Notes: generated from the sequence alone by a model not told the origin. Positions 20,467 to 30,929 are shown, numbered from the stretch's first letter. The stretch is DNA of 64,000 nt from Marinicella sp. (GCA_965230295.1 OZ246001.1:3648001-3712000); one strand, 5' to 3'. Numbers and translations are program-made.

Positions 20467-20836
20467 GCTCTGACACGCTTTTAAAGAAAGTACACCTATA
20501 CCAGTCAATTAAAAAGCCCCTCATAAACAATATGACATGTGATCCAAAAAAACTGACGACTAACGCGTTGTAACAAATTTCTGATTCAATCGTCTATAAA
20601 TTAGCAACTTAAAAATCAATGGTCAAAAAAGAGGAGTGCTGTTGAGTCTTTATGCATTTTTGTTTTTTTTTAAATGAAAGTGACCTCGGCCAACTGATCT
20701 ATCAAACTTGGGTTAGCACCCTATGATTCGACTTGTGATGCCTCACCATCCGAGTACGCCTGTTGAATTCTGTATCAGTTCTCCTTGGCCTTGGGCTTTT
20801 GACCTCATTAATAAATCAAACTGTACTTAAGTAATT

Positions 20837-21697
20837 ATGAATAGAATATTAGAATTTTGGAATAAGTTACCAGCAATTATTAGAGCCTTGATTGCTTTTG
20901 TCTTCGTTGCATATCTTGGATTAATAGGGACCAATGTACTGTTTGACCTTAATGACAGCATATTGCCCGATTTTCCATGGTCAGCTTTTGCGGTCATATT
21001 ATTTTTAGTCATATATGTTGCTTATTTGAAAGGTTGGGGCTGGCCCGGGATAACTTCTGAATACAGAAAAGATGCCATCTCATGGAATAAATTAAATAAG
21101 GAACAATGGAAGTGGGGTGCGCTTTGTGTCCTGATAGCTTTTATTTTTGTTCCTGCCAGTATCGCTGTCAGTTTCAGGTTCGTGGAAATATCTCCTGATA
21201 TTATTGACCGCAGTGCAGAAATTGCCGGGATGCCATTATGGGTCGCATTGGCTTACATCATTGCTCTTTCGGCATCAGCTGGTGTTTGGGAAGAGGTGGC
21301 ATTCAGGGGATACCTGCAAAAAATAATTCAAAATCAGCATGGCATTTATTGGGCAATTGGAATCAGTGCTTTGCTTTTTTGGCTGGCACATTTCAACAGC
21401 GCCAGTGGCCCTTTGCGTGTAGTAACTTTGTTACTTGGGGCTGTTATGTTAAGCACTTTGGCCTATTCGGCACGATCGATCATTCCCGGTGTTGTGGATC
21501 ACATCAGCAGTGATATTTATACAGGCTTACACACACGAAATATCATTAACCCTGATTACCTGGTTAAATTTGAATCGATTTGGAAAACCGGACTGGATGC
21601 ACACTTTGTCATATGGTCTGTTGTTCTTGTGGCCAGCATTGTAACTTTTATCCCAACCGTTAAACGTCTCTATTCAGTGACCAGGCAAGATGACTAA
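20837..21697 (+). CDS. CPBP (CAAX/Abi) intramembrane glutamic protease
   Basis: EEVAFRG, FWLAH and SIIPGVVDH motifs; multiple TM helices. Confidence 0.88.
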   Translation: MNRILEFWNKLPAIIRALIAFVFVAYLGLIGTNVLFDLNDSILPDFPWSAFAVILFLVIYVAYLKGWGWPGITSEYRKDAISWNKLNKEQWKWGALCVLIAFIFVPASIAVSFRFVEISPDIIDRSAEIAGMPLWVALAYIIALSASAGVWEEVAFRGYLQKIIQNQHGIYWAIGISALLFWLAHFNSASGPLRVVTLLLGAVMLSTLAYSARSIIPGVVDHISSDIYTGLHTRNIINPDYLVKFESIWKTGLDAHFVIWSVVLVASIVTFIPTVKRLYSVTRQDD

Positions 21698-21855
21698 GAC
21701 GGATAAAAAGGTTACGCTACAGAATTAACAAGCAGGTGTAATAAGAGGATTCATAAACGTGTTAAACCATCGAAATTATTCGTATTTCAAATGCAAGAAA
21801 CCAGTTCCTGAAAACCCCTCCTAATTATTTAACGGTTTAATAGAATAACTACTGG

Positions 21856-21922
21856 TGTCAAATATATTTGACATCGCCCTTTGTGTCATATATTATATAC
21901 ACCATGTCAAATATATTATACC
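21856..21922 (+). promoter_or_regulatory. Sigma70 promoter (TTGACA-17-TATTAT) overlapped by three 18 bp operator copies
   Basis: Perfect palindrome TGTCAAATATATTTGACA at 21856-21873, degenerate copies at 21884 and 21905; -35 at 21868, -10 at 21891. Confidence 0.7.
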
Positions 21923-21926
21923 TGTT

Positions 21927-22343
21927 ATGAAACAATTGTCCTTTAAAGAAAAAAGCTTATGGGCCCTTCTAATTTCTTTAGTTGCGGTTTTCGGTAACTA
22001 TTACATACAGCTGAATGTTCCAGACAGTGCAGTCATCAAACGTCCCGAGATGTTCGAGTTTGCCTTTTATGCGGCATTTCTTGCATTTGTGGTTCTTCTT
22101 GGTAACTTCCTTATATCTTTCACATCCAACAAAGAGATAACTGACGAACGTCAAAAACAGATAGAAGCCAAAGCCCAATTAATAAGCGGTTATGTATTAA
22201 CCATAGGAGTATTCCATTCAATCATTGTTGCTTTAGTTGTTCCTGGTAATTTTTGGGTAGTGCATAATTTATTTTTAAGTGTACTTATAGCGGAACTAGT
22301 TAATATTGGACTACAGTTACTCTATCTGCGAAGGGGGTTCTAA
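21927..22343 (+). CDS. 4-TM membrane protein with a DER motif, of the type usually coupled to XRE regulators
   Basis: SFKEKSLW and ITDERQKQIE motifs; TAATG coupling to the XRE gene. Confidence 0.7.
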   Translation: MKQLSFKEKSLWALLISLVAVFGNYYIQLNVPDSAVIKRPEMFEFAFYAAFLAFVVLLGNFLISFTSNKEITDERQKQIEAKAQLISGYVLTIGVFHSIIVALVVPGNFWVVHNLFLSVLIAELVNIGLQLLYLRRGF

Positions 22344-22561
22344 TGAGTAAAAAGTCAGCAATTACAAACCATATTAGGGTGCTGCGATTCAATAATAATG
22401 AAATGACTCAAAAATCCTTGGCTCATGCAGTTGGGGTGACTCGACAAACCATAAATGCAATAGAGCAAAATAAATACTCCCCATCTTTGGAAGTTGCTTT
22501 TAAAATTTCGGCGGTTTTTGATGTACCCTTGACTGATGTGTTTTTTTTCAATGAGGAATAA
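22343..22561 (+). CDS. XRE/Cro-C1 HTH transcriptional regulator
   Basis: MTQKSLAHAVGVTRQTINAIEQNKYSPSLEVAFKI. Confidence 0.93.
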   Translation: MSKKSAITNHIRVLRFNNNEMTQKSLAHAVGVTRQTINAIEQNKYSPSLEVAFKISAVFDVPLTDVFFFNEE

Positions 22562-22884
22562 CTGAATAAGCTATATATACCGCTGAGAGTGATGACATAA
22601 TTAATCAATCAAAACCAGTAAAAGTTCTCAATGTACCTGGATCATCACTAAAAAAACCAAAGAATGGAAAAAGCTTCAAGTATAAGAATGGCCCATAAGG
22701 CACCTTTGGTTGGATAACAATACAAAACAAATGCATACTTAGCTAATTGTATAGCGCATCGCTAATCTCCTCCTGACTATTCACCAAAAATAAAGCTATC
22801 ATCATTCGATGATTCAGCGGCTTGTATATGTTCACATTAAATTCAATGATGGCTTGTTCAGCCCATTTACATAAAAAACGCCAG

Positions 22885-22915
22885 ATACCATTTAAATGCT
22901 TAAATATACCATTGA
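22885..22915 (+). promoter_or_regulatory. Putative LytTR-type direct repeat ATACCATT(T/G)A, 21 bp period
   Basis: Copies at 22885 and 22906, upstream of the 22976 gene. Confidence 0.5.
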
Positions 22916-22975
22916 CAACACTAATTTTGACGTACATGAACCAATAGGATACAAGGTGCTATTTAAATTTGAATT

Positions 22976-23494
22976 ATGAAGCAATTCCTTTTTTTCGCAT
23001 TGTTTATATGTGAGACCTCTCTGGCTAATAATGAACTTGATTTGAATTTTTTCCTAGGGCATTGGAGCATTGACTCAATTGATTATATTGGGCATGGAAA
23101 TTATCAAAAGTCGCACTCGAAGTCTCATGCATACTTGGTCCTAGATGGTACAGCTATTTTTGATGAATGGAGGTCATTTAACAAGGAAGGTGAGGTGGTT
23201 TTCAGGGGAGCAACATTCAGAACCCCAATGAACGATAAGAAATGGAAAATTAATTGGCTTATGTCGCATGTTGTTGGTCAGTCTGTTTTAGAGCTTGAAG
23301 TAAAAGATACTGAGCTTGAAATGAAGGGATCTGGAAATGATGGATTTGGAAACTTTTTAGAAAGGGCCCGATACTTCAACATCACTTCAGAAAGTTATGA
23401 ATTTGAGATGAGCCGTTCTTATGATGGTGGAAAAAACTGGATAGTTCCATTTAATACCTTTAAAGCAACAAAAATCAATCCAAAAAATAAGTAA
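22976..23494 (+). CDS. Secreted DUF1579-like beta-barrel protein
   Basis: Signal peptide; FFLGHW, DGTAIFDEW, GATFR, KWKINW and FNITSESYEFEMSRSYDGGKNW. Confidence 0.7.
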   Translation: MKQFLFFALFICETSLANNELDLNFFLGHWSIDSIDYIGHGNYQKSHSKSHAYLVLDGTAIFDEWRSFNKEGEVVFRGATFRTPMNDKKWKINWLMSHVVGQSVLELEVKDTELEMKGSGNDGFGNFLERARYFNITSESYEFEMSRSYDGGKNWIVPFNTFKATKINPKNK

Positions 23495-23543
23495 CTACCA
23501 ACAAAAACACGACCTAATAATCAACTGAACACAAAGGTGGACC

Positions 23544-26219
23544 ATGCATTTCAAAAAACTTTCACTGAATTTCTATTTAGTTTTACTCACAATAATTATT
23601 ACTGCTGTTTTAACTGTCAAAATTTTAGTTGCCAAACCAGTTCTTAGTAAAAACGAGATGGTCAGCGATTTTGATCAACTTATTACCTATATCAATGATT
23701 TTGGAGTACATAAAGACATTAACCAGATACGATTGAACATTGATTATCAAAAAATATATTCAGATTTAAGAAAGCAAATCACAAAGAATACAGATATTTG
23801 TGAGTTCAGAGAAATTCTTGAGAAGACTATCAACTGGGTTCAAGATGGGCACGCATCTTCTATGGATTATGAGTATCTATCCAATTACGGCAAATATCAA
23901 AGTAAGTACAATTTTACAAATGATGAAAAGTTCAAGGATGTTAAAACCATCGAGAAGCATTGTGATTCGAAAGCCCCTTCTTTGACCTTGCCTATACACT
24001 ACATTGATGGAAAGTATCATTTCTTTACTGATTTCAAATACCAAGGAAATGAAATTAATGTTGGTGATTATATAACGCATTACAACGCAGTTCCGATTGA
24101 CTATTTTGTCAGTAATAACTTAGATAAAATTAGCCCGGTGAGATGGGATGCACAGAAAAACGAAACCTACCACCCTTCTTTCTATAAATTTGGAGACGCT
24201 GTGTTTGATTTGAAAATTCAATCAAATGGAGAGGAAAAAAATATCCGTTTTGATTTAAATACAGAGTCATCATATAAGGAAGAATCGAATAGATATAAAT
24301 ATTACTCTCAAAAAGAAGCCAATGTATTTGCTCTGGATGACGGTGATCTTTTGTATATTTCAATCCCTTCAATGGATTTGAAATTGGCTGAGGTCATTAT
24401 GACAAAAGTTGAGAAACTTTATAAAAAGCACAAAGAGTTTGGGAAAATTGTGATTGATATCAGAGGAAACCCTGGTGGAAATGATCAGACATGGCATGAA
24501 ATCTTGTCTGAACTGATCAGCCAACCTATTACACTGAAGCTGGATTTAAGATTCAAACACACCGAAGACTCAATAGAGAAATATGCTGAAACTGCCGATA
24601 AAAATAGTCAATGGTATCGTGACAAGCATGATACAACCCCAATTGAAATTGATATCCTCAACAACAACAAATATTGGATAGTTGATAGCAAAGAATTGAG
24701 TCTTCCGCCAAAAAATAATTCATATAAGCATCAAGGAAAAATATTTATATTACAAGACCGATACATCTATTCTTCCGCCACAAATTTGTCGAGAGCCAGT
24801 CTGTTTAGTGATCAATTGATCTCAATAGGTGAGTCCACTGATTTGATAGGAGGCATTCAAACAGAACCTTTGTTTATCAAACTGAATCATTCAGGAATCG
24901 TCTTTAGGATCGAACCATTATTAGATTTTTCTGGTGTGAGTAAATTCGAGGACTTGTTCCATAACAAAGTAGAAGTGCCGAGGTTTTATACATCACAAGA
25001 ATTACACCAAAGACAGGAAAGCAAAGAAGATGTTTTTGGTCAAAGCTATTTAGAGCAACATGATCCGTTCATAAAATTAATTAAGGCTCATGACGGTATA
25101 GTTGATGACTTTGCCGAAATTTCTAATGTAGGCAGAAAAGAAGCCATATCTAGGTGGTTCGAATCAATCAATGAAAGTGACTTGGAGGGACTAGAGGCTT
25201 TATACGATTCAGAAAATTATGATATAGGGGATTTTATTGCTTATGGTCAGATGGTTGGTGGCCTGACGCCAAAGTTGATTTCCTATCAGTCGGGCCCTGA
25301 ATATGGAATCTATGCAACAGAAAACAATTCAAACAATTGGGTCTTGGTTGGTTTAGGTTTTGATGGCGAAAAAATTATACACACTGATGTTAAAAAGAAA
25401 TCTAAACCAGTTCTCTCCCGGCAGACAAGGCTCAGTGATGAAAGTGCTAAGATAAAAATTATCAACCATATTTCTGACCAAATTCTCAATAATTATGCCA
25501 ACGAGAAAGTCAGAAACTCGTTGGCGAATGATATAAAAAATCTTGCCAATGATAGAAGTTTAACATTGACCAGACACAATGATCTGTTTGCCAAAAAAGT
25601 TACTGTGAAACTCCGCGAAATATCCAATGATAAACATTTGGAATTGGTTTCACCTATTCAAATACAGGCCATAAACAAAAGGTTCCATTCTGAATCGAGT
25701 GTACAAGACCCAAATGAGACCTTTTTTATTTATGAAAAAAAAGAAGGTTTACCAATAATTTCCATCAATAGATTCTCAGACATTGATGCTTTTAAATCTC
25801 AAGCTGTTGCGGTCTTTTCAAAACTCAATGAATCTGAAGCAAGCTTTGTCATTAATTTGATCAATGGTGAAGGAGGAGACAAAACTGCTGTTAATTATGT
25901 TATACAACTGATTGAATCTCTAGACTCATTTAGAAATAGAAAGTTTGCAGTTTTGTTAGGGAAGAAAACATTCTCAGCATCCGAATATTTGGCCTATTAT
26001 TCAAAAATTAATTGGAGCAACTCTGTCAGAATTGGACAGAGCACAGCTGGGGCAGGGTATCAAGTTGACGCATTTCCAGTTGGCGCTGGGTTTTATTTTG
26101 TCAACTCAGTAAAAAACCCTCTTGGTGATGCGAGTTGGGAAGGAAAAGGCATTTCTCCTGACATCATTGTTCCTGAGGAAAATGCAACAGAAAAGGCAAT
26201 AAACTTTCTGAATCAATAA
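23544..26219 (+). CDS. S41 family peptidase with two tandem S41 domains
   Basis: First domain IDIRGNPGG/YSSAT/IGEST; second IRBP-like domain DKHL, NGEGG, TFSASE, IGQSTAG, WEGKGISPDI. Confidence 0.8.
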   Translation: MHFKKLSLNFYLVLLTIIITAVLTVKILVAKPVLSKNEMVSDFDQLITYINDFGVHKDINQIRLNIDYQKIYSDLRKQITKNTDICEFREILEKTINWVQDGHASSMDYEYLSNYGKYQSKYNFTNDEKFKDVKTIEKHCDSKAPSLTLPIHYIDGKYHFFTDFKYQGNEINVGDYITHYNAVPIDYFVSNNLDKISPVRWDAQKNETYHPSFYKFGDAVFDLKIQSNGEEKNIRFDLNTESSYKEESNRYKYYSQKEANVFALDDGDLLYISIPSMDLKLAEVIMTKVEKLYKKHKEFGKIVIDIRGNPGGNDQTWHEILSELISQPITLKLDLRFKHTEDSIEKYAETADKNSQWYRDKHDTTPIEIDILNNNKYWIVDSKELSLPPKNNSYKHQGKIFILQDRYIYSSATNLSRASLFSDQLISIGESTDLIGGIQTEPLFIKLNHSGIVFRIEPLLDFSGVSKFEDLFHNKVEVPRFYTSQELHQRQESKEDVFGQSYLEQHDPFIKLIKAHDGIVDDFAEISNVGRKEAISRWFESINESDLEGLEALYDSENYDIGDFIAYGQMVGGLTPKLISYQSGPEYGIYATENNSNNWVLVGLGFDGEKIIHTDVKKKSKPVLSRQTRLSDESAKIKIINHISDQILNNYANEKVRNSLANDIKNLANDRSLTLTRHNDLFAKKVTVKLREISNDKHLELVSPIQIQAINKRFHSESSVQDPNETFFIYEKKEGLPIISINRFSDIDAFKSQAVAVFSKLNESEASFVINLINGEGGDKTAVNYVIQLIESLDSFRNRKFAVLLGKKTFSASEYLAYYSKINWSNSVRIGQSTAGAGYQVDAFPVGAGFYFVNSVKNPLGDASWEGKGISPDIIVPEENATEKAINFLNQ

Positions 26220-26499
26220 AAATCCTAGATAACACCAAATAACATGATTTGAAGCTAAATTATTGATTCAATTGACGTTGTCAGTAATTAAACCCAGGAG
26301 TTGGTATAGATGTAACTATTCCCACGTTTAAGTTCTTTGGCATTAATGCGCTGTTGCTTCACATGCTTATTTCAACCGTTTACACCTGAATTACATCTAT
26401 GCACGGTGGACTGCTGATAGATTAATTTAAATTACAGAATAATTGTCAGTGTCAAAGAAATACTGATGAACAGTTTTTTTTAATTTTAAGGTGCTTTTT

Positions 26500-27054
26500 A
26501 TGAAATTGTTATTCGCAGGATTGATCACTATTCTTAGTCAAACATTAAATGCCAAAACAGATTATGAATTTAAGTTAGGTCATTGGCAAATTGAAGCTCA
26601 ATCGATGAACCCCGATAAATCCCACAACAAAGGATATGGGTATGGCTATGTTTATCAAAACCAGGTAGGACTGATTCAAGACAACCTTTGTATTGATATG
26701 AATGGCGTTTCAGACGTGATAGGCACGACTTTAAGAACTTATGATGAAAAATCTAAAAAGTGGAATGTCAGATGGCTCGCATACGGGGCTTCATCAGGGA
26801 TAGGTGCCGGTATTGCCACAAATGTCAATGGATCGGTGGTTGAGGCATTTGAGGGGAAAGACACTTATGGCAGATTCATAGATGAGATGAATTTTAAGAT
26901 CCATTCAGTAGATTATTACGAGGCTAATTTAAGCAGAACTTATCTAAATGGCAACATTAAAATTGATTGTATTTGGTGCTATAAAGCCAAACGTTCAAAG
27001 TCAAAAACAGATGCGGTCTGTGATTTAACCCAAAAGTCTGATTCTGATATGTAA
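26500..27054 (+). CDS. Secreted DUF1579-like beta-barrel protein
   Basis: Signal peptide; FKLGHW, IQD and GTTLRTYDEKSKKWNVRW motifs shared with 11995 and 22976. Confidence 0.6.
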   Translation: MKLLFAGLITILSQTLNAKTDYEFKLGHWQIEAQSMNPDKSHNKGYGYGYVYQNQVGLIQDNLCIDMNGVSDVIGTTLRTYDEKSKKWNVRWLAYGASSGIGAGIATNVNGSVVEAFEGKDTYGRFIDEMNFKIHSVDYYEANLSRTYLNGNIKIDCIWCYKAKRSKSKTDAVCDLTQKSDSDM

Positions 27055-27142
27055 TTTGTTGATTCAACTCATGTATAAGACTTGAAAGGGTTCTGTTGCT
27101 TGTTATCTTTTGCGAATTTAATTGTTTAATCTATTAATAATT

Positions 27143-27841
27143 ATGAAAAAAATAACTTTAATTTGTTTTTTGGTTTCTAATGCTTGCTGTGCTCAGATGT
27201 CTTTGATTGGTTTCCATGATCTCAATGAGGGTACCAAAAGTGAAAAAGTATTTTTAGAATACCTCAAGTTGGCAAGCCCAATCATGAAGAAATATGCAAT
27301 CAATTTACAACTTTTCAAAGTCCTGAACAGTTCAAAAAATTCAATTTCAGCTGACTATATCACTGTCAGTTCAGTTGATGACAAAAATGATGTATCGCGT
27401 TATCAGGATGATGAGTCCCACATTAAGCTAAAAGAAACGCTAAAAGACGCAATTGTTGATTATCATGTGATTTATAGCCCGGCAAGAATGAACGCATTCC
27501 CTGTAGATAAAACGGAGGTGTTGTTCAACATGATGTGGTTGAAGACTGATAATTCAGATACTTGGATCAAATACAATGATTTAAAAAATGAACTGTCTCG
27601 AAATTATAAAGATTTTGAAGTGTCAGTTTTATTAGACAGCATACCTACTGCTGCGTATGAAGGGTTAGATAGAAAAATCAAATCAAGTGATTATCCACAT
27701 GAAATCAGTTTCTATCATTTTAAAAACCCAGATCGATACTTCTCAGATCAAGCCATTCAAAAAACCAGTCGTGAAATGTTACCTTTGATTAAAAAGGGGA
27801 TGTCATATTGGATGGTTGTGCATGACTTTGATGATAAATAA
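27143..27841 (+). CDS. Secreted hypothetical protein, possibly two DUF1330/dimeric alpha-beta barrel-like repeats
   Basis: Signal peptide; FLEYLKLASPIMKKY and a second similar unit (WIKY...RYFSDQ). Confidence 0.5.
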   Translation: MKKITLICFLVSNACCAQMSLIGFHDLNEGTKSEKVFLEYLKLASPIMKKYAINLQLFKVLNSSKNSISADYITVSSVDDKNDVSRYQDDESHIKLKETLKDAIVDYHVIYSPARMNAFPVDKTEVLFNMMWLKTDNSDTWIKYNDLKNELSRNYKDFEVSVLLDSIPTAAYEGLDRKIKSSDYPHEISFYHFKNPDRYFSDQAIQKTSREMLPLIKKGMSYWMVVHDFDDK

Positions 27842-28018
27842 TGATGTTCTGACCAGTATCACTGGTTTCACACACTGTTAAATCAATTCTGTATTTTGAG
27901 GGTATTATTTTCATTAAAACCTCAAAGATACTGTTGTTATTTATCAAGATGCCCAAGCAAGTAAGAAAAAGCACTGATGATGACACCCAAAATATTTTTT
28001 AAGATATCCTCATTATTT

Positions 28019-28591
28019 TTATTGAAACCCGTTACTGAAAATCAAATCTATGTCTTCGAACATGATGGATTGTGATAAAACAAAGTCATCTCCATTGACA
28101 GTCGGGTTTGAAGCATCAATGAACACTTGATTAAAGGGTTGGTCTCCAATTACCCCAAAGAAGCCAGTACTTACGTTTCCAAAGAAGGGGAAAATCACTG
28201 TTTCTTCTAATCCCTGCCCATCCCAGTTTCCCTTGATGGTAAGGCCTCGGCTGCTACTGACACTTCGCAGTTCAATACCAAAGGTAAAAACTGGTGCAGG
28301 TAAATCTATGACAATGGTTTCAAAACCTTCATTTCCGCCTGCATTGTAAATTCGAAAAGTCCACTCACCACCTGCAACTCGATTGTCAAGTAGTGTGCCC
28401 ATCGGAGCAGACCCTGTGATTGTCAATCCGGAGTCAAAAGATAAAACAGCTGCATCAGGCATATCAACTTGGAACTCTTCTGTAACAACATTATTATTGG
28501 CCGCAATCCACAGGTTTATATCTGAGAATACAGTTTCCGCAGATGAGTTATTCAAAGCCAGGATACCAGATATTAAAATGAGCTTTTTCAT
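28019..28591 (-). CDS. Secreted beta-rich protein with C-terminal DLIFSNGFQ tail
   Basis: Signal peptide MKKLILISGILALNNSSA; AGGGG RBS; terminal motif. Confidence 0.7.
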   Translation of the reverse strand: MKKLILISGILALNNSSAETVFSDINLWIAANNNVVTEEFQVDMPDAAVLSFDSGLTITGSAPMGTLLDNRVAGGEWTFRIYNAGGNEGFETIVIDLPAPVFTFGIELRSVSSSRGLTIKGNWDGQGLEETVIFPFFGNVSTGFFGVIGDQPFNQVFIDASNPTVNGDDFVLSQSIMFEDIDLIFSNGFQ

Positions 28592-28654
28592 AAACACCCC
28601 TTTCTAAAACTTACAATTAAATCAATTGAAGAATTGGTGTTGCTGAAATTAGAG

Positions 28655-28685
28655 GCTAATGGTGGATTTACAAATGCGAATGGTG
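28655..28685 (-). promoter_or_regulatory. Putative LytTR direct-repeat box CACCATT(C/A)GC, 21 bp period
   Basis: gctaatggtg at 28655 and gcgaatggtg at 28676, between the 28591 gene and the divergent LytS/LytTR pair. Confidence 0.6.
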
Positions 28686-28720
28686 TCTATCAAACTAAAA
28701 TAGCATGTAAAATGGTTAAT

Positions 28721-29845
28721 ATGTATTTGAAGAAAAATAGAAACTTGAATCCAAGTGTTATGACTGGGGTATTCATGTTATTACTTTTTATACCTTATTG
28801 GGTGTCCTATGCGGTCTTGGTTTACACTTCAAACAGGAACAGGCCTGGTTACGAAATTGAGGTTTTTGGTGCACTCGAATATGCATTTGTCTCTATGGGA
28901 TTGGCTTTTGCTTTTGGCCTGATAGGCTATATAAGAGTTTTCCATATAAAATTCAAACCCAGTTCTTTTTTAGCTGTTGCTACAGTTGAGCTGATTAACC
29001 TTTCAATATTTTTGGTGTTATGGATAGGGGTCACAGAATTCGTTTCGATGTACCTATTTTATGGATTTGATGCCAAAGAAATGGGGCTTATACCATTGCT
29101 GGGGTTTGTCATAGAAAATACTGGACGAGTATACAGTGGTGTTTTTTTATATTTTTCCTTTATGGGCATGATATATGCTTATAACTATTACAGGCGTCAG
29201 ATGTCAGCTTTAAAGAAAGCACGGGAAGCAGACCGGTTGGCAGCAGAACTCAAATTGAAATCCATCATGAACTATACACAACCACATTTCTTTTTTAACT
29301 GTATCAGTTCCATCAGTGAGCTTGTGCATATAGACGCTAAAAAAGCAGATGATGCGTTGCATAACCTGTCTGGGATTCTGCGATACTTAATAGATACCAA
29401 AAAACAATTACACAGTATTGCGGATGAAATGAATTTAACGCATAGATATATAGAGCTGCAGCGGCTGAGATTTGGAGAGAAAATAAAATATTCTGAAGAC
29501 ATAGACACAGACCTTATTGGGTTTGAGATACCGATATTGTCAATACAGTTATTGATAGAAAACTCAATCCAGCATGCAAAGAGTGGCATTAAATCTGATT
29601 CGATAAAAGCCAATGAAGAAACACACGTTCATCTCCAAATAATGAAAGATGAAAGAATCGTTACGATCACCGTATGTGACAATGGAGCCATTAATTCATT
29701 CAAACCTGCTAAAGGCAGCGGAATGTCAATGCTGGTTGAAAGGATCGAAGCAGTATATGAAGAATCATCTTTCAAACATGGTTTTATGGATAAAACTGTA
29801 ATGGGAAAACCTGGTTACCAGTCAGAAATTCATATTTACACATGA
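28721..29845 (+). CDS. LytS/YehU-type sensor histidine kinase
   Basis: N-terminal TM helices; QPHFFFN, LSGILRY, YIELQRLRFG, QLLIENSIQH, DNG and GSG motifs. Start codon uncertain. Confidence 0.9.
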   Translation: MYLKKNRNLNPSVMTGVFMLLLFIPYWVSYAVLVYTSNRNRPGYEIEVFGALEYAFVSMGLAFAFGLIGYIRVFHIKFKPSSFLAVATVELINLSIFLVLWIGVTEFVSMYLFYGFDAKEMGLIPLLGFVIENTGRVYSGVFLYFSFMGMIYAYNYYRRQMSALKKAREADRLAAELKLKSIMNYTQPHFFFNCISSISELVHIDAKKADDALHNLSGILRYLIDTKKQLHSIADEMNLTHRYIELQRLRFGEKIKYSEDIDTDLIGFEIPILSIQLLIENSIQHAKSGIKSDSIKANEETHVHLQIMKDERIVTITVCDNGAINSFKPAKGSGMSMLVERIEAVYEESSFKHGFMDKTVMGKPGYQSEIHIYT

Positions 29846-30564
29846 AAATTAAACCAATTCATGCTGTAGTTGTAGAAGATGAGCATTTATCACGTCACCG
29901 CCTGTGTCGATTGATTAGAGAAGATGGCCGTATCAAACTCATTGGAGAATATGAGAATGCTGAAGAATTGTTCAGTAGTGATGAGTTGAACACAGCTGAC
30001 ATTTTATTCCTTGATATTAATTTGCCTGGCATGAACGGAATTGATTTGGCAAAAAAACTCAATGAAAAACAACTGGTGATTTATACCACAGCTTATCCTC
30101 AATATGCAGTTGATGCATTTTCTGTCAATGCCAGCGACTATCTCGTGAAACCCATCAGTCAGGAAGATGTCTCAAAATCGATCAAGCGTGCACTTTCCAT
30201 TCTTAAATTAAATTTCTTCTATGATAAAAACAAAAATCCGAAATACATATTTATCAAACATGGACTCAATAACATTAAAATTTATCATCAGGATATTTAT
30301 TGCATTAAATCTGATAACAACCATGTGAAAATCCATACTCATGAGCACGAGTACCTGATAAAAACGAGTCTTCAGTCATTAGAAGAAACCTTCAATGGTG
30401 ATGACTTCATGCGAACGCACAGGACTTGTATTGTTAACATCAACAAAATTCATAAAATCATTCCTTCAGGTTCAACGAAGGTGGCTGTATTAGACAATCA
30501 GACCATTGCTCCTTTATCCAGGGGATTTTGGTCAAAATACAGTCATTTACTCAATGATTTGTAA
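29842..30564 (+). CDS. LytTR family response regulator
   Basis: Receiver VEDE/FLDINLPGMNG/TTAY/KP; LytTR FMRTHRTCIVN; ATGA overlap with the kinase. Confidence 0.93.
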   Translation: MKIKPIHAVVVEDEHLSRHRLCRLIREDGRIKLIGEYENAEELFSSDELNTADILFLDINLPGMNGIDLAKKLNEKQLVIYTTAYPQYAVDAFSVNASDYLVKPISQEDVSKSIKRALSILKLNFFYDKNKNPKYIFIKHGLNNIKIYHQDIYCIKSDNNHVKIHTHEHEYLIKTSLQSLEETFNGDDFMRTHRTCIVNINKIHKIIPSGSTKVAVLDNQTIAPLSRGFWSKYSHLLNDL

Positions 30565-30929
30565 TGACATTTGATCAAGAAAACTAGCCCGCTCACACTG
30601 AGCATTTGATAATTGTCAATTCAGCTTCATTAATGAGATTATTTATCTGAGTTAACTGATCATATTCTATTTCCCATAACTTGCTTTCAATCATTTATCC
30701 CAGGCATATAAGAGTAATGGAGAGAACCCCATACTTTTTACGAAGCGATTAGTGTTGCTGTTGAATCATGCCTTTAATGTGCCTAATACTTTCATGCCTT
30801 AGCGAGCATATCAGTTAAATAATTAGTCGAATCTACTCTTCACATGCTTTGTCTGACAGTTGGCATTTATAAGAGAAATAAAAGTTAAAAGCCAGTGATA
30901 CCTTGGGTATGTCTTGATAGTTAAGAGGT

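Noticed and set aside
20680-20806. Possible structured RNA (ggccaa-ctgat ... atcag-ttggcc pairing)
   Set aside because: The pairing is short and interrupted, and I recognise no riboswitch or ncRNA family. An Rfam/Infernal search would decide.
30766-30800. TCATGCCTT direct repeat (26 bp period) upstream of the Rhs operon
   Set aside because: The spacing does not fit the LytTR pattern and two 9-mers could be chance.
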